DNA of 64,000 nucleotides from an uncultured Actinomycetes bacterium (GTDB lineage Bacteria; Actinomycetota; Coriobacteriia; Anaerosomatales; CAVRZR01): NCBI GenBank assembly GCA_963725795.1, contig CAVRZR010000003.1, positions 517,566 to 581,565 of the forward strand, read 5' to 3'. Shown piece by piece: positions 60,947 to 64,000 of this stretch (position 1 is its first letter; each line of letters starts with the position of its first letter). The notes under the pieces were generated by a model. It saw only the letters and a program-made list of their open reading frames with translations, ran no database searches and was not told where the DNA came from. The position numbers and the translations under genes were made by a program.

Positions 60947-62437
60947 CTACTCGCGTTCCCACTTGAGCGAGCGTCTTACCCCCTCCGCCCAGCGAAGGCG
61001 CAGGTCGCTCAAACGTGCCGCCGTCGCGGGATTCGGCTCGTACGTACGCCCGATCGCGCGCAGCATGGCGAGTTCGTCCGCGGAGCGCCATACGCCCGTC
61101 GCAAGCCCGGCAAGGTAGGCTGCACCGAGCGCCGTGGATTCAGCCATGGCTGCGGTGTGCACCGGGATCTCGAGCAGGTCGGCGAGGGTCTGCATGACGA
61201 GTGAGTTCACCGTCACTCCTCCGTCGACGCGCAGCTCGGCCAGGCCGTGTCCCGAATCGGTCACCATCGCCTGTGCCAGATCCGCGACTTGCAGAGGGAT
61301 CGACTCCATCGCCGCCCGGGCTATGTGGGCGTTCGTTGCGCCCCTCGTCAGGCCGAAGATCGCACCGCGGGCCAGCGGGTCCCACTCGGGTGCGCCAAGA
61401 CCCGTGAGCGCGGGCACGAGTATCACGCCGTTGCTATCGGGCACGCTTTCAGCAAGGGTCTGGGCCGCCGAAGGGTCCTCGGCGAGCCGCAACCCCTCGA
61501 CCACCCACTGGACGATCGCGCCGCCCATGAAGATGGAACCCTCCAGCGCGAATTCAAGAGCGGGGCCGGTCTGCGCGGCGAGTGTGACCGCAAGCACGTC
61601 GGAATGAGGACGCTCGTTGCCGCTGTGCATGAGTGCGAACACACCGGTGCCGAACGTGGCCTTCGCATCTCCGGCGGCGAGGCCACCGTTTCCGGTGAGC
61701 GAAGCCTGCTGGTCGCCGACGACGGCAGCGATCGGTATCGGAGCGCCGAACAGGTCCGGGGTCGTCTGGCCGAGAATGCCGCTCGACGGGCCCACTCTCG
61801 GGAGCAGCGTCTCGGGAATGCCGAACAGCTCGAGCATCTCCGGATCCCACGTGCCCCGCTCGATGTCGAGCAGCAGCGTTCGCGATGCGTTGGTGACGTC
61901 GGTCGCGTGCACCTCGCCACCAGTGAGCTGCCAGAGGAACCATGTGTCGACCGTGCCGCACGCGAGGTCGCCGCGCTCGGCGCGAACGCGGGCGCCCGGT
62001 ACGTGATCGAGGATCCAGGCGATCTTCGTCGCAGAGAAGTACGGATCCAGCGGCAGCCCCGTCCGTTCCCTCACCATCGGTGCTCTATCGGCGCGCACGA
62101 GCGCGTCCGTCACGTCCGAAGTGCGCCTGTCTTGCCAGACGATGGCATTGAAGATCGGCCTGCCGGTCGAGCGGTCCCAGACGATGGCCGTCTCGCGCTG
62201 GTTCGTGATGCCGATCGCCGAGATATCCCGAGCGGACAGACCCGCCTCGGCGATCGCCGCGCGCGCGACGTCGAGCTGGTTGTGCCACATCACCTCAGGG
62301 TCGTGCTCCACCCAGCCCGGCTGCGGAAAGACCTGAGGCAGAGGCACCTGCGCTTGTGAGCACTTTTCGCCGACTTCGTTGAACACGATCGCGCGCGAAC
62401 TGGTGGTGCCCTGGTCGAGCGCGAGTACGAAGGGCAT
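60947..62437 (-). CDS. glpK: Glycerol kinase
   Basis: ATG 62437 follows GGAGG. 'LALDQGTTSSRAIVF', 'ITNQRETAIVWD' and 'DGGVTVNSLVMQ'. The 667-aa ORF extension upstream is antisense to the SDR gene. Confidence 0.93.
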   Translation of the reverse strand: MPFVLALDQGTTSSRAIVFNEVGEKCSQAQVPLPQVFPQPGWVEHDPEVMWHNQLDVARAAIAEAGLSARDISAIGITNQRETAIVWDRSTGRPIFNAIVWQDRRTSDVTDALVRADRAPMVRERTGLPLDPYFSATKIAWILDHVPGARVRAERGDLACGTVDTWFLWQLTGGEVHATDVTNASRTLLLDIERGTWDPEMLELFGIPETLLPRVGPSSGILGQTTPDLFGAPIPIAAVVGDQQASLTGNGGLAAGDAKATFGTGVFALMHSGNERPHSDVLAVTLAAQTGPALEFALEGSIFMGGAIVQWVVEGLRLAEDPSAAQTLAESVPDSNGVILVPALTGLGAPEWDPLARGAIFGLTRGATNAHIARAAMESIPLQVADLAQAMVTDSGHGLAELRVDGGVTVNSLVMQTLADLLEIPVHTAAMAESTALGAAYLAGLATGVWRSADELAMLRAIGRTYEPNPATAARLSDLRLRWAEGVRRSLKWERE

Positions 62438-62603
62438 GGGGCCTCCATTGCCGATCATCGGAGCGGGTTGTCGATTCGTCCATGTAATCACAACACGACG
62501 GGTAGCGGCTGATCTCTTGCGGACGCGCCCATAGGAGAGGCGCGGTCGCGTTGGGGGTAGGAATCCCAGAAGCCCATGAAGTCGGATGTAGGAGGAATCA
62601 GAC

Positions 62604-63368
62604 ATGGCTGGACGGCTTGAAGGCAAGGTAGGTGTCGTGACCGGTGCCGGTTCGGGCATCGGCCGAGATTGTGCCATCAGAATGGCCCGCGAGGGCGCCA
62701 AGGTGATGTGCTCGGACATAGCCGTTGCCGGCGCCGAGGAGACCGTCAAGATGATCGCGGGAGCCGGCGGCATGGCCCAGGCCGTGCAGACGGACGTCGC
62801 AGATCCGGAGCAGGTCCGCCGCATGATCGAGGCGACTGTGGCAGCGTTCGGAGCATTGCATCTTGCGGTGAACAACGCCGGCATCGGTGGGGAGGCGGCG
62901 ACCACGGGCGAGTACACGATCGAAGGCTGGCGCAAGGTGCTCTCGATCAACCTCGATGGCGTGTTCTACTCGATGCGGTATGAGCTTCCCGAAATGGTCA
63001 AGGCCGGCAGCGGGTCGATCGTGAACATCTCATCCATCCTGGGACTGGTCGGGTGGCCGACCGCCTGCGCCTACACGTCGGCGAAACACGGAGTCATGGG
63101 TCTCACGAAGGCCGCCGCGATCGAGTACGCGCAACAGGGCGTTCGCGTGAATGCGGTGAATCCGGGCTTCATCTCCACCCCGCTGTTGACCAGTGCGGGT
63201 ATCGTCCCCGGCAACGAGATCCACGCCATGATAGCCGGGAAGCACGCGATGAATCGGCTGGGCACCTCGGAGGAGATAGCGAGTGCCGTCACGTGGCTCC
63301 TCTCCGATGAAGCTTCCTTCGTCACGGGCATACCGTTCTCAGTGGACGGCGGCTACACCTGCCAGTAG
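62604..63368 (+). CDS. Short-chain dehydrogenase/reductase (classical SDR)
   Basis: 'VVTGAGSGIGR', 'NNAG' and the catalytic 'YTSAKHG'. AGGAGG lies before the ATG. Confidence 0.85.
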   Translation: MAGRLEGKVGVVTGAGSGIGRDCAIRMAREGAKVMCSDIAVAGAEETVKMIAGAGGMAQAVQTDVADPEQVRRMIEATVAAFGALHLAVNNAGIGGEAATTGEYTIEGWRKVLSINLDGVFYSMRYELPEMVKAGSGSIVNISSILGLVGWPTACAYTSAKHGVMGLTKAAAIEYAQQGVRVNAVNPGFISTPLLTSAGIVPGNEIHAMIAGKHAMNRLGTSEEIASAVTWLLSDEASFVTGIPFSVDGGYTCQ

Positions 63369-63410
63369 GCGAGGCATGTCGCACCGAGGGGATGCGTGCT
63401 CAGACGGAAG

Positions 63411-63442
63411 CAGGGCGATCCGGCGCATGCCGGATCGCCCTG
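63411..63442. terminator. Bidirectional terminator between the SDR gene and the lipoprotein gene
   Basis: Perfect 14-bp stem CAGGGCGATCCGGC-GCAT-GCCGGATCGCCCTG, followed by CGTACTTTC. Confidence 0.6.
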
Positions 63443-63490
63443 CGTACTTTCAGGAGCCCGACGCCCCTCACGCGCCACAGCGGGAGGCGG

Positions 63491-63766
63491 CTACTTCCAG
63501 TCGGGGGAAGTGCCTATCACTTTGTAGGTACTACCGGCCTTCTCGACCTTGATCGGCGTCCCGTTCTCGAGCGTCGAGTATGAGCACTCGGCCTCCGCGG
63601 GCTCGCCCGTCGACAGCTGGACGATCGCTATGCCGGGAGTGCTGTCGGCGGGACGCAACTTGTAGCCGATGAAAGTCGCGTCCTGCGCGGCCGAGCCGCA
63701 GCCGACGAGGAGGCTCGCCACGAGTAGGAGTCCGAGAAGGAGTAGTAGTGCACGCTTTGCTGCCAT
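63491..63766 (-). CDS. Small lipoprotein, function unknown
   Basis: Signal peptide plus lipobox 'LLVGC'. The 70-aa mature part is beta-rich. GGTAAGGGGA lies before the ATG. Confidence 0.6.
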   Translation of the reverse strand: MAAKRALLLLLGLLLVASLLVGCGSAAQDATFIGYKLRPADSTPGIAIVQLSTGEPAEAECSYSTLENGTPIKVEKAGSTYKVIGTSPDWK

Positions 63767-64000
63767 GGAATCCCCTTACCGCTTGCCGGATTCTGCGACG
63801 GCCGGTCGACGCCGACCGTGCCCATATGCCGTGGGCGCCGCGCTCGCGTCAATGCCGGTTGACATACTCCAAGACTCGGCGCCCTTCGTGAAGCATACCG
63901 CGCTGCGGCCTTCCCTGTCGCGTGGGCCGCACGATGTGCATCCGCCGAAGCATCACGAGCCGGTGCGAAGAGCTGTCTCAGCGGCGACGCCGGTAGTGAT

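Noticed and set aside
63852-64000. An ORF starting at ATG 63852 (+) and running off the window (MPVDILQDSAPFVKH...), and a possible minus-strand gene end (...ITTGVAAETALRTGS*) near 63956.
   Set aside because: Only about 15-49 codons are visible. There is no SD and no recognisable motif, and the two readings are mutually exclusive. Neither call can be supported.

Overview
GC-rich chromosomal segment with strong GC3 codon bias. It looks like an anaerobic member of the Actinomycetota. Supporting this: a GuaB3-type IMPDH paralogue, a DUF2469/Rv2901c-like gene before ligA, ligA-gatCAB synteny, and a GlnR-style phased operator. Anaerobe traits include MetV/MetF, a DUF39 + NIL-ferredoxin homocysteine route, a CBS-type family II pyrophosphatase and a multihaem cytochrome; this taxonomy is inference only. 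I call about 60 protein genes, mostly core metabolism:
- Purine: guaB3-guaA.
- Aromatic amino acids: chorismate mutase + DAHP synthase.
- Replication and repair: pcrA, ligA.
- Translation: gatCAB.
- Nitrogen assimilation: glnA divergent from an FMN-type glutamate-synthase-like gene.
- Threonine: thrC plus a phosphoglycerate-mutase-like putative homoserine kinase.
- A same-strand methionine / one-carbon / lipoate run: DUF39, NIL-Fd, metH, metV, metF, lpdA, lipA, UPF0280.
- Also psuK-psuG, glpK, DMT/LysE/ZIP transporters, secreted BNR and PHP proteins, and one RHH-PIN toxin-antitoxin pair.

I saw no rRNA, tRNA, CRISPR array, transposase, integrase or phage genes, and no convincing new multi-gene defence-type system. 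The most unusual items are:
1. A secreted PLC-like / multihaem cytochrome mosaic gene broken by many frame shifts (10.3-12.7 kb).
2. The archaeal-type homocysteine genes embedded in a metH-metV-metF-lpdA-lipA run.
3. A ferredoxin-CPBP protease fusion.
4. Four 11-bp-phased nTTTC sites between glnA and the gltB-like gene.
5. A triple GTAGCAC operator on the toxin-antitoxin promoter.

Major caveat: at least 12 other conserved genes, including glnA, gatB, thrC and metH, are interrupted by single-base frame breaks. These look like consensus insertion errors, so pseudogene calls and gene overlaps here are unreliable. All family assignments come from reading the translations by eye; no searches were run. 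Bases 63767-64000 are left unannotated.
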